Below the pieces are notes generated by a model. That model was not told the origin of the DNA, made no database searches, and saw nothing but the letters and a program-made list of their open reading frames with translations. Positions 1-12,359 of a stretch of 64,000 nucleotides of DNA are shown one piece after another. A program made the translations under genes and the position numbers. Position 1 is the first letter of the stretch. Every line of letters starts with the position of its first letter. Origin of the DNA: Torpedo marmorata (lineage: Eukaryota); NCBI GenBank assembly GCA_977017645.1, contig OZ360220.1, positions 94,054,001 to 94,118,000 on the forward strand, read 5' to 3'.

Positions 1-565
1 GTCCACAAGGATATTGGTTCCTCTCCACTTCAGTTGCAACCCATCCCTGTTGTACAGGTCATACCTTCGCCAGAAGAGATCCCAGTGATCCACAATCCTG
101 AACACCTGCTACCTGCACCAACACCTCAGTCACACATTCATCTGCCACAACTTCCTATTCTTGCCTTCACTGGTGCATGGCACAGACAGTAATCCAGACA
201 TTACCACCCTTCAGATCCTCCTCTTTAGCTTCATTCCTAATATATTCACACTTCAGGACCTCATCCCTACTCTTATCTATGTCATTGGTACCAACGTGGA
301 CCATGACATTTGGCTGCTCACCCTCCCTCTCAAGAATGCCGTGGACTCGATCCGAGACATCTCTGACCCTGGCACCTGGAAGGCACCATACCATCCGAGA
401 CTCGATCCCTTCGACAGAATCTCCTGTCTGCTCCCTGAACAATGAATCCCCGATCTTGTTTGCTCTCCTCCTCTCCCTCCTTCCCTTCTGAGCCACAGAA
501 CCAGACCATGCCAGAGACCTGGCTGCTTTTGATTTCCCCTGGTAGGGCATGACCCACCCCCCAAC
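1..565 (-). mobile_element. CR1 LINE fragment, ORF1 esterase (SGNH-like) domain
   Basis: ORF 167..697(-) contains WCLPGARVRDVSDRV...VHVGTNDI, typical of the CR1 ORF1 esterase; a homologous copy lies at 44801-46060. Confidence 0.8.
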
Positions 566-694
566 AGTAGCAAGGAGTTTGATAATATTGGGAAAGAAAG
601 TGTCCTTGAATCTGGTAGTGTGAGATCCCGTACTTCTATCCAATGGCTGTGGATGACAGCTAAAAGATTGAGTGGTACTTTTCCAATTATTACA

Positions 695-1299
695 CACTGG
701 ACAACAATTTTTTCAAAAGGTTTACTTCCTGAAAAGAAAATTGGGGATTTAGATAGATAGCTTCAAGCTGAACACAAAAATAATTTCAGATTTGCTGTGT
801 CACGTAGGAAGTTGGAGAAACATTAAATTAAGTTTTATTGAATATAGCATGTTTAATTGCATAATGATACTGTTAGTTCAACTGACCTAAATATGTTTTG
901 CTGCTAATTTTCGTTTGTACTCAGCATCTGATGTCTCTCGTGTCAGTGTCCAACAATAGTCGCCCAGCATTGATGGATTCCAGTCGCCCTGATACCGCTT
1001 TTCTATGGTCGTAATGTACTGGTGAAACCTTTCACCATGTTCGTCACTGTCTGCACCAAGATCAGTAGGGAAGAAGTCCAAGTGCGAATGCAGAAAATGA
1101 ATTTTCAATGACATGTTGCACTTCATGGTTTTTTATGCTTGAAATAGACTTAAAATATGACAGGAAATCACAAAAATATGTTATATCTAAAAGACAGTAC
1201 GTGATAGGAAAATGTTAAGGTAATTTTCATAATCAGCAGCCCAAAATCCATAAAATACATGTAAAAGTGTTCAGGAAGCAAAATCTTAATTGTCCAGTG
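695..1299 (-). mobile_element. Non-autonomous, internally deleted Chapaev3-like (CMC superfamily) DNA transposon
   Basis: 10-bp TIRs CACTGGACAA (695-704) / TTGTCCAGTG (1290-1299). It carries only the transposase C-terminus SLKIHFLHSHLDFFP...DEHGERFHQ...EKRYQG (887..1126 -). TSD is not clean (ACA vs TTA). Confidence 0.8.
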
Positions 1300-1400
1300 T
1301 TATCAATGTGGACCCTCTGGCATAGTCTTGTGGGCCAGGTGTGCCAGGAGTGGTGCTTCCACAAGTTGTGTCCACAGTGTTCACCGCTGGCTCGGAATTC

Positions 1401-1670
1401 CAAGTATCTCCCTTCTTCGGTGGTACGGTTGGTGTAGTGGTTAGCGTAAGGCTATTGCAGTGCCAGCAACCTGGGTGCGAATCGGTGCTGTCTGTAAGGA
1501 GTTTGTACATTCTCCCCATGTCTGCGTGGGTTTCCTCTGGGTGCTCCGGTTTCCTCCCACCCTTAAACGTACAAGGGTTGTAGGTTAATTGGGTTATGTG
1601 GGCAGCACGGGCTCATGGGCCGGAAAAGGGCCTGTTACCGTGCTGTATGTCTAAATTTAAAATTTAAAAT
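1401..1670 (+). mobile_element. tRNA-derived V-SINE (HE1-like)
   Basis: A/B-box-like head (GTAGTGGTTAGCG...GGGTGCGAATC), V-domain TTCTCCCCATGTCTGCGTGGGTTTCC, tail CTGTATGTCTAAATTTAAAATTT; six more copies in the window. Confidence 0.85.
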
Positions 1671-2084
1671 TCCACACATGATTGAAGGGCTCTGGTGTTT
1701 TGTAGCTACTGAGATGTACTTTTACTGATTTTAATTGCTATCTTCCTTCTTTACTTGCTTGGCTCTTTACTTTGGGAACTTCCCACTCACCTCCAAACCT
1801 GCAGCCATTCAAATGTCATTTTCATGGCTGTGATTCTTTATTGTCCTTGTTACTCAGCATCGTTATCTATGCTCAGTGGATTCCAAACCAATTATGAAGT
1901 CCATTGTAGAACATGCAAGCTTATTGCATATGAATCACCAGAAGCTCAAAGTACAAGTGTTTTTTTTTTCCAAGCTCTTGCACAGACTGTCATTGGAACT
2001 TTCTGCAAAACAGTGAAATCCAGAATACTCAAAGAGAAGGCAGCCATAAAATTACAAGCATTACTCCTTGTAATCTTTGACTGA

Positions 2085-2185
2085 CTGTAGGTGCAGAAGG
2101 GGCATTGGTTTAATGTTGCCCACAATATATACTTCCGAAGGTCGAACCTGAAAATGGAGTACGTGGTTAATGGCAGGATTCTTAA
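2085..2185 (+). mobile_element. CR1 ORF2 3' fragment (left half, split by L1 insertion)
   Basis: Continues seamlessly at 7772 after the duplicated target AATGGCAGGATTCTTAA. Confidence 0.7.
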
Positions 2186-2457
2186 AAATATTTTATTTTT
2201 CATTTTCAAAATTTTCACAAAACATTAATAAACAATCACAAATATACATAAATTTCAAACGTATCAAGTACAGGATACATTACGCCCCTTAACCCTCCTT
2301 CCCCCACCCAAAAAGAATAAAACCAAAACAGAAGAAAAAGAAAAGGAAAAGAAAACTAAACGTACCATCAGCGCTTACAACTTTTGTCCAAGTATTTGGG
2401 GATGACACACCCTTAAAATAATTATACCTTACAGTACACCATACCTCAGGGGTTTGA

Positions 2458-5400
2458 TTACAACTGAGCACCAATGTGCTCCAAGTATGGTTGCCACACT
2501 TTAACAAAGTTATCGTACTTATTTCTAAGACTATATGTAATTTTTTCCATGGGGATACAGCTGCACATTTCCGTAGACCATCGAGTGATGAGAAGGGGGG
2601 AGTCGGACTTCCAAGTAACTGCAATGCATTTTTTTGCTACGGACAGAGCAACTTTTACAAATTGAATTTGGAATTTAGATAATCTGTTGCTTATGTCCAT
2701 GAGGTTTCCTAAAAGATACAACTCCGGGTCTAGTGGGAAGGCTACTCCCGTAATCCTAGTTAGTACGTTAGCCAAATCATGCCAAAAGGGCCTTACCTTT
2801 GCACATGACCAGGTGGAGTGTAAAAAGGATCCAATTTCTATCCCACACCTGAAACACATTTCTGATATCTCTGGTTTTGACTTGTGTAGTTTTTGTGGTG
2901 TGAGATACAATTGGTGTAGGAAATTATATTGAACCAGCCTACGGCATTAATGACTGCTGTCATGCTATCTAAACACCAGTCTGACCAGCATCGTTCGTGA
3001 ATTGTTGTTCCCAAGTCCGACTCCCACCTCTCTCTCGATCCTTGTAGGCCCGGCTTAGGGCTTTCGCTTTGGAGTACAAAATACATTCTAGATATGAATT
3101 TAGGTGCATTTCCCAATCGAAGCAACTTTTCCATTTCATTACACCTAGGTGGGGTCATTGTAGGACCCCATCTATCTCTCAAGAAGGACCTTAGTTGAAG
3201 AAAACAGTAGAAGGTTCCATTAGACAAATCATATTTACTCTTCAATTGCTCAAAAGACATAAGTTGTCCTTTCTCGTAACAGTCTTCAATATATTGGAGT
3301 CCCTTCTGGTGCCAAATGTTTAAAATGTTGTTACCCAAAGCCATGGGTATAGTTTCATTTTGGATCAAAGGTGCCTTTGGTGATATTTCCACCTTTCCTC
3401 CAGTACATTCAATGATTTCCTGCCAAATCTTAATCATATGTTTTAGAATGGGATTGTCCGTTCGCCTAGATATTAATTTGGTGTTCCATTTGTAGACAAA
3501 AAACCTTCGCTATTTTCTCTCCTATGGTGTGTAGTCCAATTTGGACCCAAGAGGGGGGATCGTCCCCCTCGAAAAAGGATGAAAGAAACCTCGACTGAGC
3601 TGCTAAATAATATTTCTTAAAATCTGGTAATCGCAAACCCCCCAAATTGTAATCCCATGTCAGCTTCTCCATGAAAACTCTGGAAACCTTACCACTCCAG
3701 ATAAATTGCCTTACATGTCCGTTAAGTGCTTTAAAAAAAGACCCGCGGCAATGGGATTGGCAAGGACTGAAAGAGGTATTGCAGTTTCGGCATCACCTTC
3801 ATTTTAATGCAGTTCACTCTGCCCACTAGAGTAATGGGCAGGTCCCTCCACCTAAGTAAATCATCTTCGATCTTTCCAAGCATAGGGAGGTAGTTAAGTC
3901 TATACAAATTTTGCAAATCATTGTCAATCATTATTCCCAAATATTTAATACCCTTTGGTTGCCACTTAAAGCGACACTTTTGTTGATATTCCCCGTTATC
4001 AAATTTTGTCAACGGCGTGATCTCATTTTTTTCTAAATTGATTTTGTAACCTGAAATCATGCCGTAATCTTCCAGTGTGGTCTGCAACCTGGCCAAGGAC
4101 TCAGCAGGGTCTGTCAAATACAACAACACATCATCTGCAAAGAAATTAATTTTATGTTCCACCTGGTCTACCCTGAATCCTTTTATGTCTGGGTCCCACC
4201 TAATAGATTATGCCAGTGGCTCAATTGCCAAGATAAAAAGACCTGGAGACAGTGGACAACCCTGTCTGCTAGACCTACTTAAGGGGAATGTCGACGATGT
4301 CTGACCATTCGTAATGATCTTGGCCCGAGGTTTGTAATAGAGCGTTTTTACCCAATTAATAAATGATTCTCCCAATCCAATTTTCTCCAGTACTTTAAAT
4401 AAGAAAGGCCATTCCAGCCTATCGAATGCTTTTTCCACATCCAAAGACTCGGCTATACTTGGGTCTGCCTTTGATTGTGCCAAATGTATAATATATTGTC
4501 TGCCCAAATTGTTGGCCGAGTGTCTCTTCTTAATAAAGCCGACTTGGTCCGAATTTATCAATTTTGGTAAATATTGACCCAATCTATTAGCCAATGCCTT
4601 GGCTATTATTTTGTCGTCCGCATTTAATAATGAAATGGGCCTGTATGAAGAAGGTTTTAATGGGTCTCTATTTTTCTTTGGTATAACCGTAATAATAGCT
4701 GTTGAAAAGGATTCCGGGAGAGTCTGTGTTTCCGCCGCCTGGTTAACTACATTCATAATAAGAGGCATCAAAAGATTCTTAAACTCTCTGTAGAACTCAG
4801 GCGGGAAACCATCTTCTCCCGGCGATTTATTCGCCTGAAGAGAACCCGAGGCTTTTTCAATCTCCTCTTCGGAGAATGGGGCACCTAATTCCATCTGATC
4901 CTCCTGGTCCAACTTTGGCAATTCAATTCTGGACAGGAACTCATCTATTGTAGTTGAGTCACTTGGCGACTCTGACTCATACAATTTTGCATAAAACTGT
5001 TTAAAAGTGTCATTGATCTCTTTTGGACTGTACGATATCTTATCCGGTCCTGACTGAACTGCATTAATTATCCTTGAAGTCTACTCTGTCCTCAATTGCC
5101 AAGACAAAACCTTATGTGCTCTTTCCCCTAATTCATAGTATTTCTGCTTAGATCTTAAAATGTCCTTCTCCATTTTGTATGTCTGTAAAGTATTATATTT
5201 AAGTTTCTTATTTACCAAAGTTTGATATTTATCTTTTGATCCCGACTGTTGGTATTCCTTTTCCGATTTTAAAATCTCCCCTTCCAAATTGTTTATTTCC
5301 GCCATATATTTTTTCTTGACATTTTTGGTGTATGAAATTATTTTCCCCCTTAGATACGCCTTCAATATATCCCATATTAGAAAACTATTATTAGTAGAGG

Positions 5401-6225
5401 TGCAGTTTGTTTCGCAAAACAAACTTATCTGACCCCTTATAAAACCACAGAAATCTGGTCTTTTCAACAGCGTAGAATTAAGGCGCCATCTGTATGCATT
5501 AGCTTGTTTATCTGGCATTACCATAGACAAAATCAAGGGCGCGTGGTCCGATAGAAGTCTGGCTTGATATTCCGATTCAATCACTCTGCCTTCTAATTGT
5601 GCAGACATCAGGAAATAGTAAATTCTGGTGTAAGAATCAAGGGGCTTTGAATAAAAGGAGTCGTCTCTAGCTTGAGGGTGCAACTGTCTCCATACATCTA
5701 TTAGGTTTAAATCTTTCATGAAGCCAAGGTTGTTTTAGCCGCCCTGGCTTTCTTAACTGTCTTTGCCGATTTATCCAGAATGGGATCCAGACAGAAGTTA
5801 AAATCCCCACCAATCAAAACGTTTTGTCGTCATCCTGTCACTCTCAAAAAAATATTCTGCATAAATGACTCGTCGTCAAAATTTGGTGCGTAAAGATTCA
5901 AGAGTGTCCAGGGTTCTGAGTAAATCTGACAATGTACCATCACATATCTTCCTGCCGAGTCAACAACCGTGTCCCCAACCACCACCGGAACATTTTTATT
6001 TATTAAGATAACTACCCCCCTAGCTTTGGAGTTAAAAGAAGATGCAGCTATCTGTCCTACCCAACCTCTTTTTAATTTGCTATGCTCCTGCTTTGTAAGA
6101 TGTGTTTCCTGTAAGAAAACTATATCCGCCTGTAGCTTTTTAAGGTATGCCAAGACTCTTTTCCTCTTTATGGGTCCGTTCAATCCATTAACATTAAAAC
6201 TAAGAAATTTTATAGTCTTACTCAT
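2458..6225 (-). pseudogene. L1 ORF2 (APE endonuclease, reverse transcriptase, C-terminal CCHC), multiple frameshifts/stops
   Basis: SFNVNGLN...FLQETHL, SDHAP, KSPGEDGF, YRPISLLN, RQGCPLSP, FADDVL, CFRC...H..WSC in successive minus-strand ORFs. Confidence 0.92.
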
Positions 6226-6699
6226 TTGAATATATGTACAGTTCAATCCCATTTTTATAGCCCCTTTGTATATTTTTTCTATGGTGTGTCTGTCCCTTTT
6301 TACAATAATATATATATCTGTTCAGCACTGACGATGACGCTAAAAAAAACCCCAAAAGCCCGCGAAAAAACACCGCAGATTAAAAAAAATGTCCCTTCCC
6401 CTTGCTCCAGCACCAACAACAACACCCACTCCTTTGGCGCCATCAACCCCCTCAAGACGGGGTGCACTTAGTGCCCTCTTTGGCATACTTAATTAACTAG
6501 CTAACCAGCTAACTTCGTACTGCCCAACTCTCCCCAGGGTCTTTGCCTCTTTATATTATTTACCTTAAAAACCATTATTTACACAATATAACACAACTCA
6601 GTATAACGATACTATTACAGAAAACGAAACCATCCCTCTTAACCAGCATCCCACTTTAAGTTCAATCAAAGTCCTTCTTTCCTCCTCGTTCTTTTCTCC

Positions 6700-7649
6700 A
6701 AACCTTAGGATCTCCCCGGGAGGTCTCGAACAAAGTCCGCAGCCTCCTGGGGCGTCCCGAAGAACTTTCTGCCTCCTTCTGGTGTGTCGAGCCTCAGCGT
6801 CGCGGGATGGAGTAGCGCATATGGGATCCCCTTCGCTCTCAGCTGCCGCTTCACTGTCGAACGCCCTCCGACGCTTCACCAAGGCCGCACTCAGGTCTGG
6901 GAAGAAAAGTACCTTCTCCCCCTCTGGATCAATGGGCCTGCCATTTTCTCTCGCACGTGCGGTTGCCGCGCGCAGGATCCTCTCCCGGTCCTGGTAGTTG
7001 AGCAAACGCACCAGGACTGGTCTTGGTCATTGGCCTGGGTCTGGTCGGGGTCCGAGGGTCCGGTGGGCCCTCTCTATGTATAAAGTTTTTTTAAAGTTTT
7101 CCTGGCCCAGGATCTTTGGGATCCACCTTTCAAAAAAACCCACTGGATCTTTCCTCTCCTTCCCCTCCTTCAGCCCAATTATCCTGATATTATTCCTCCT
7201 GCTGAAGTTCTCCAGCCTATCAAGCTTCTCCAAAATATTGTCTCTCTCCACTCTCCATGCATCTATATTATTTTCCTGCTTTTCTAGCCTCTCCTGACAT
7301 CCTCCATTTTATCTTCAACCTCCCCCACTCGGGAGGTTAAAGCTCCAAACGAGTTCTTCAGCTCTCTGATCCCAGCTGTGAGCTCTCCAATCTTGGCGTC
7401 GAGCCCAGCAATCTTGGCGTCTAGCCCAGTAAAATTGGCTTCGAGCCCAGTAATCTTGCCGGCTAGAGCCTGCACAGCTTGCAGGATATCCCGCGATGTG
7501 GGCTCTGGGGCTCCACTCGCCTCTTCCAGCGCCGGCGTCATAATGGAGGTTCCCAAACCGCCGCTCCCGCGAGCAGAATCACCCGTTGATATTGGCGACC
7601 TGGAGGCTTCTTCTTCCGCAGAAACTTGGTGTTTTGTCTTCTTTCCCAT
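6700..7649 (-). pseudogene. L1 ORF1 (coiled coil + RRM/Transposase_22-like), frameshifted
   Basis: Heptad repeats AKIAGLDAKIGEL; motifs ENFSRRNNIRIIGL, IERAHR, FFPDLS split over three frames. Confidence 0.85.
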
Positions 7650-7771
7650 ATTTGAAGAGATATTTATGTATTTAATGCTAAACTGACTGTTCTAAATGGC
7701 TTTAAATATCGATCTATCAGGGAGCCCTTGGGTCCGTGTCTTCTCCTTATCTCCGCATCACGTGACCCCCC

Positions 7772-8480
7772 AATGGCAGGATTCTTAACAGTGTGGAGGA
7801 ACAAAGGGATCTTGGGGTCCAGGTCTACAGATCCCTCAAGGTTGCCGCGCAAGTTAATAGGGTGATTAAGAAGGCATATGGTGTGTTGGCCTTCATTAGT
7901 CGGGGGATTCAGTTCAAGCATTCTATAAACTTTGGTCAGATCAAACTTAGAATGCTGTGTTCAGTTCTGGTCGCCTCATTACAGGAAGGTTGTGGACGCT
8001 TCAGAGAGGGTGCAGAGATTTACCAGGATGTTGCCTGGATTGGAGAACCTATCTTATGGAGCAAGGTTGAGCAAGCTATGGCTTTTATCTTTGGAGCGAT
8101 GAAGGATGAAAAGTGACTTTATAGAGATATATAAAATTATGAGGGGCATAGATAGCGCCGACAACCAGCACCTTTTTCCCAGGGTGTCAATGGAAAATAC
8201 CAAAGGACATCTGTTTAAGGTGAATGGAGGAATGTTTAGGGGAGATGTCAGAGGTAAATTTAATTATACAGAGTGGTGGATGCCTGGAATGCATTGCCAG
8301 GGGTGGTGGTGGAGGCTGGTAAAATAGGGACATTTAAAAGAGATAGGCACAAAGATGTAAGAAAAATGGGGGGGTTATGTGTGTGAGGTGGGGAAAATTT
8401 AGATTGTTGTGGAGTAGGTTTACATAGGTTGACACAACTTTGTAGGCTGAAGGGCCTGTTCTGTGCTGTAATGTTCTAAA
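7772..8480 (+). mobile_element. CR1 ORF2 3' end and tail
   Basis: EEQRDLGVQV...SLKVAAQV...AYGVLAFISRG; tail CTGTGCTGTAATGTTCTA. Confidence 0.85.
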
Positions 8481-8724
8481 TCTAAATACGCCACCACTTA
8501 CTGCATTGAGGCTCGTTCTTTGTTCACTGATCTCTGAGGTGAGTCTTGAACCCAAAAACTTCTGACTCAATGGTGAGACTCCACTGAATTAAGGCATCAC
8601 AAACACTTTGGGATTTTGCAAAGAAGTCTCCCACACATGAACAGTAACTGCTTGGATGGGAGAGCTCAGCGTGGATGCCCCTTTGTCAAAGAAAAATCAT
8701 GTCCCAAATCTCATAACCTACTGG

Positions 8725-9112
8725 GTGCAGACGGTCCCCGGGGTCTGGCTGGGGTGGGGCCCCGAGGTCAATGGGTTGGGGTCTGGGTGGGGTGGGGCCC
8801 TTTGGTCTGGGTGTGGTGGTGGTGCCCTGGTTCTGGGTAGGTAGTGCCAGATGGAGTGGGGCCCCGGAGTCTGGGTATGGTCTGGGTGCAGTGGGCCCCA
8901 TGGTTAGTGGGGTGGGGCCCTGCAGTCTAGATGGGGTGTTTCCCCAAGGTCTGAATGGGGTGGGGCCCCATGGTTGGTGGGGTGGGGTCCTGCAGTCTGG
9001 GTGGGGTGTTTCCCCGGAGTCTGGCTGGGGAAGGGCCCAGCGACTGGGTTGGGTGCCCTGGGGTCGGGTGGGGTAGTTCCCCGGGGTATGGGTGGGTGGG
9101 GCCCCAGGGTCT
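8725..9112. repeat. G-rich degenerate tandem repeat (~20-22 bp, TCTGGGTGGGGTGGGGCCCC-like)
   Basis: Repeated GGGG runs and the GGGGCCCC/GTCTGG module are visible directly. Confidence 0.7.
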
Positions 9113-9359
9113 AACTTTCTGGAATGCTCCTGAGGTGTTTTCTTTATTGTGGATAATATTCCTGCACGTTTACGGTGTGTGGAATTAGAACTTTTCTGGT
9201 AAATCCTACCTGTCGTGATTTCAGTGTACATAATAAAGTCATAATGATCTTTTACAGGTATTAATTCGTGTAAACCTCATCGAAGTAATAAATAGTGTGA
9301 GATCAAGAGAAAGGATGGATGAAAGGAAGTTGCCAAAAATGGATAAAAATAAGTGAACA

Positions 9360-10710
9360 AGATGCTGGTGACGGGATCCCATTGTAGGTGGCGGAAATTG
9401 CAGAGAATGCTATGTTAGATGCGTGGACTGGTGTGGTGGTAGGTGAGGACGAGGGAACCATGTGCTTGTGGGGGCAGGGGTGGGGGGTAGAAAGAAGCCA
9501 GGGCAGATGTGCGGGAAATAGAGGTGATGTGGGTGAGGGCTGAATTAATGGCAGCAGACATTTTCTGAAGAAGCATTACATCTCAGATGATCTGGAATGT
9601 TCTTATCCTGGGAGCAGATGCAGCGGAGATGGAGGAATTAAGAAAAAGGAAAAGAATCCTCACAGGAAGCAGGGTGGTATGATGTGTAGTCGAGGTAACT
9701 GTGGGAGTTTGTGGGTTTATAAAAAATGTCTGTAGATAGTTTGTCTCCCGAAATGGAGGCAGAGATCGAGAGATGGACCAAGTGAATTTGAGATCAGGGT
9801 GGAAGTTGGCAGCAAACTGGATAAAGTTGACGAGCTAATCAGTTGTGCATGACACAGCACCAATGTAGTCGTTGATGTAACAGAAGAAGAGTTGAGGAGA
9901 CTTGCCTGTGTGGGCTTGCAGCATGGATTGCACTACATAGCCAACAAAAAGGCAGGCATAGCTGGGATCCATGCGGGTGACCATTGAGGTAAACAAGAAA
10001 ATCTGCAGATGCTGGGGCCCAGTGCAATACATAAAAATGCTGGAGAAACTCAGGAGGTCACGCAGCATCCAGAGGAAGTAAAAGGCAGTCGACGTTTCGG
10101 CCTGAGCCCGGCTCAGGAGGGTCCCAGGGCTGCACCTTTGATCTGGAGAAAGAGGGATGAGCCAAAGGAGAAGTTATTGAGGGTGCGAACTACTTCTGCC
10201 AGGCGGAGGAGGGTGGTGTTCGAGGGGGACTGGTTAGGTCTGTTATCCAGGAAGAAGTGGAGAGCCTTGAGGCCTTCTTTATTGGGGATGGAGGTGTACA
10301 GGGACTGGACATCCATGGTGAAGATGAAGCGGTCCAGGGAACTGGAAGTTGTCAAAGTGAAGAAGGGCATGTGAGGTGTCACAGATGTAGGTGGGAAAGG
10401 ACTGAACCAGGGGGACAAAATGGAGTCGAGGTAAGATCAGTTCGATGGGACAGGAGCACGCAGAGGCAATGGGTTTATCAGGACAGTTGGGTTTGTGGAT
10501 CTAGGGCAAGAAGAAGACCCGGGCAGTGCAAGGTTGGGAAAGAATGAGGTTAGTGGCTGTGGGAGGGAGATGACTGGAAGTGATGAGGTCAGTGATAGTG
10601 CGGGAGACATTGGCCTGATATTTCTCGGTGGGGACTTGTTCAAGGGGTAAGTAAGAGGAGGTGTCTGGGAGCTGTCGTCTGGCCTCAGCAAGGTAGAGGT
10701 CAGTGTACCT
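9360..10710 (-). mobile_element. Penelope-like retroelement, reverse-transcriptase region, decayed
   Basis: FTMDVQSLYTSIP...TLNNFSF...QIKGAALG, PSYACLFVGY, YINDYIG; interrupted at ~9988-10112 by a PLE terminal-repeat fragment. Confidence 0.85.
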
Positions 10711-11079
10711 GGATGGATAAAAAACTAATTTCCTAAAACAGGCCCAGTGCTGATTTCACCTGGTAAATTATTTCCCTGATGATCAGTCTTGATAATTCTT
10801 GCTACTTCCCCTTTGCCAGCTTAATTTGAACCTGAAACTATTGAAGGACCAGTGGGTTGCCTTCACCTATATAATAAAGCTGTGTCTATGTACCAAAGAT
10901 CAGACAGCTGGTGGTATCAGAAAGATAATTGAACACCAACCGAGAATTAATTTTTGAAAGTTCTGAATTGGCTTCAGGTCCCTATCGAAACAGTACATGT
11001 AAGAAGCTGTTGTAATATTTCCTCTGACTCAGCAGCAGTAGGAGCCATGTTTCTCACGGTGCTTGATGAGAATTCATGG

Positions 11080-11662
11080 GTAAAACACGAAAATCTGTAG
11101 ACACCGTGATTGAAGTAAAAAACACAAATGCTGTAGAAACTCAGCAGGTCAAACAGTGTCTTTTATGTAGCAAAGGTAGAAATACATAACCGACGTTTCG
11201 GTCTTGAGCCCTTCATCAAAGTATGAGAAAATGCCGGCAGGCAGCCGAACAAAAGAGTGAGGGGGAAAGGGGGGTGGCAAAGGCAGGAGATGATAGGTGG
11301 AGAAAGGAGGGAGGGGACAGCAGCAAAGAGGGGGAGGAGGGATGGCTGGGTAGGTGGAGAAAAACAGGAAGGACAGGTGAGGGGGGAGGGGAAGGGAACG
11401 ACAAGCAGGTTTAGTGGAAAGCAGAAAAGTCAATGTTAATGCCATCTGGCTGGAGAGTGCCTGGACGGAAAATGAGATGTTGTTCCTCCAATTTGCGGGT
11501 AGTCTGGGTGGGATAGTACATAAGGCCATGGACAGACATGTGAGTGTGGGAGTGTGACTCAGAATTGAAATGGTTGGCTACTGGGAGGTCGCTGTTGTTG
11601 TGGATGGAGAGGAGGTGCTCAGCAAAGCGGTCTCCAATCTACGACCGGTCTCTCCGATGCAG
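11080..11662 (-). mobile_element. Penelope-like 3' fragment: GIY-YIG C-terminus plus terminal repeat with hammerhead-like motif
   Basis: Near-identical to 57807-58407, which encodes YIGETGRRLG..RF.EH...VANHFN...EEKHLIFRLGTLQPDGIN. Confidence 0.85.
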
Positions 11663-12070
11663 AGAAAGTGAGGTAGTGTCTGTGGTTCATTATCCATTCA
11701 GAAATCTGATGGCAGAGGGGAAGAAGCTGTTTTTGTACTGTTGGGTGTTCGTCTTCAGGCTCCTGTACCTCCTTCCTGATGGTAGCAGTGAGAAGAGGGC
11801 ATGGCCTGGGTGGTGAGGGTCTTTGAGGATAGAGGCTGCTTTCTTGAGACACCATCTCTTAAAGATGTCCTTAATGGAGTGAAGACTGATGCCTATGATG
11901 ATGCTGGCCAAGTTCAAAACCCTCTGTAGCCTTTTCTATCCTGTGCATTGGCACCTCCATACCAGACAGTGATGCAAAACCAGTCAGAATGTTATCCACG
12001 GTACACCTGCAGAAATTGGTGACATGCCAAATCTCCTCAAACTGCTCACTAAGTATAGCCACTGGTGAAC
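11663..12070 (-). mobile_element. Rex1/Babar-like LINE 3' fragment
   Basis: [21 protein letters not shown]...SFFPSAIRFLN. Confidence 0.8.
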
Positions 12071-12359
12071 AATTTGTACTGTGTATGGGAATGAAAAGGC
12101 TATCAACTCTCAGGTTACATCAGAACTGAGTTGTGAAGACCAGAAATCATGCCTGCTTCCTGACCAGAATGATTAAGCCATTGCATATTGGCTTGATCAT
12201 ACCTCTTCAGTTTAAAAAAAAAACACACATCTTGTCATAACACAAAACATGACACGAGGTGGAAATTTCATAAGGAATGGAGGAATCCTGCAAACAATTG
12301 AGGATTTGGCATGGAGACACAGGAGAGAAGGCAGATGCCAGAATCTGGAGTAACACACA

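Larger units (their letters stand above)
2186..7771 (-). mobile_element. Full-length (~5.6 kb) decayed L1-clade LINE
   Basis: TSD AATGGCAGGATTCTTAA at 2169-2185 and 7772-7788; short G-rich 5' end; ORF1 and ORF2 remnants in the correct order; AATAAA at the 3' end. Confidence 0.95.

Noticed and set aside
1401-1490. tRNA gene
   Set aside because: Only the degenerate tRNA-derived head of a SINE; no full cloverleaf.
8686-9231. 181-aa proline-rich ORF
   Set aside because: Simply the translation of the C-rich strand of the G-run repeat.
9245-9356. Good acceptor TTTTACAG followed by a short open frame
   Set aside because: No channel similarity, stop in the required phase, and no convincing donor.
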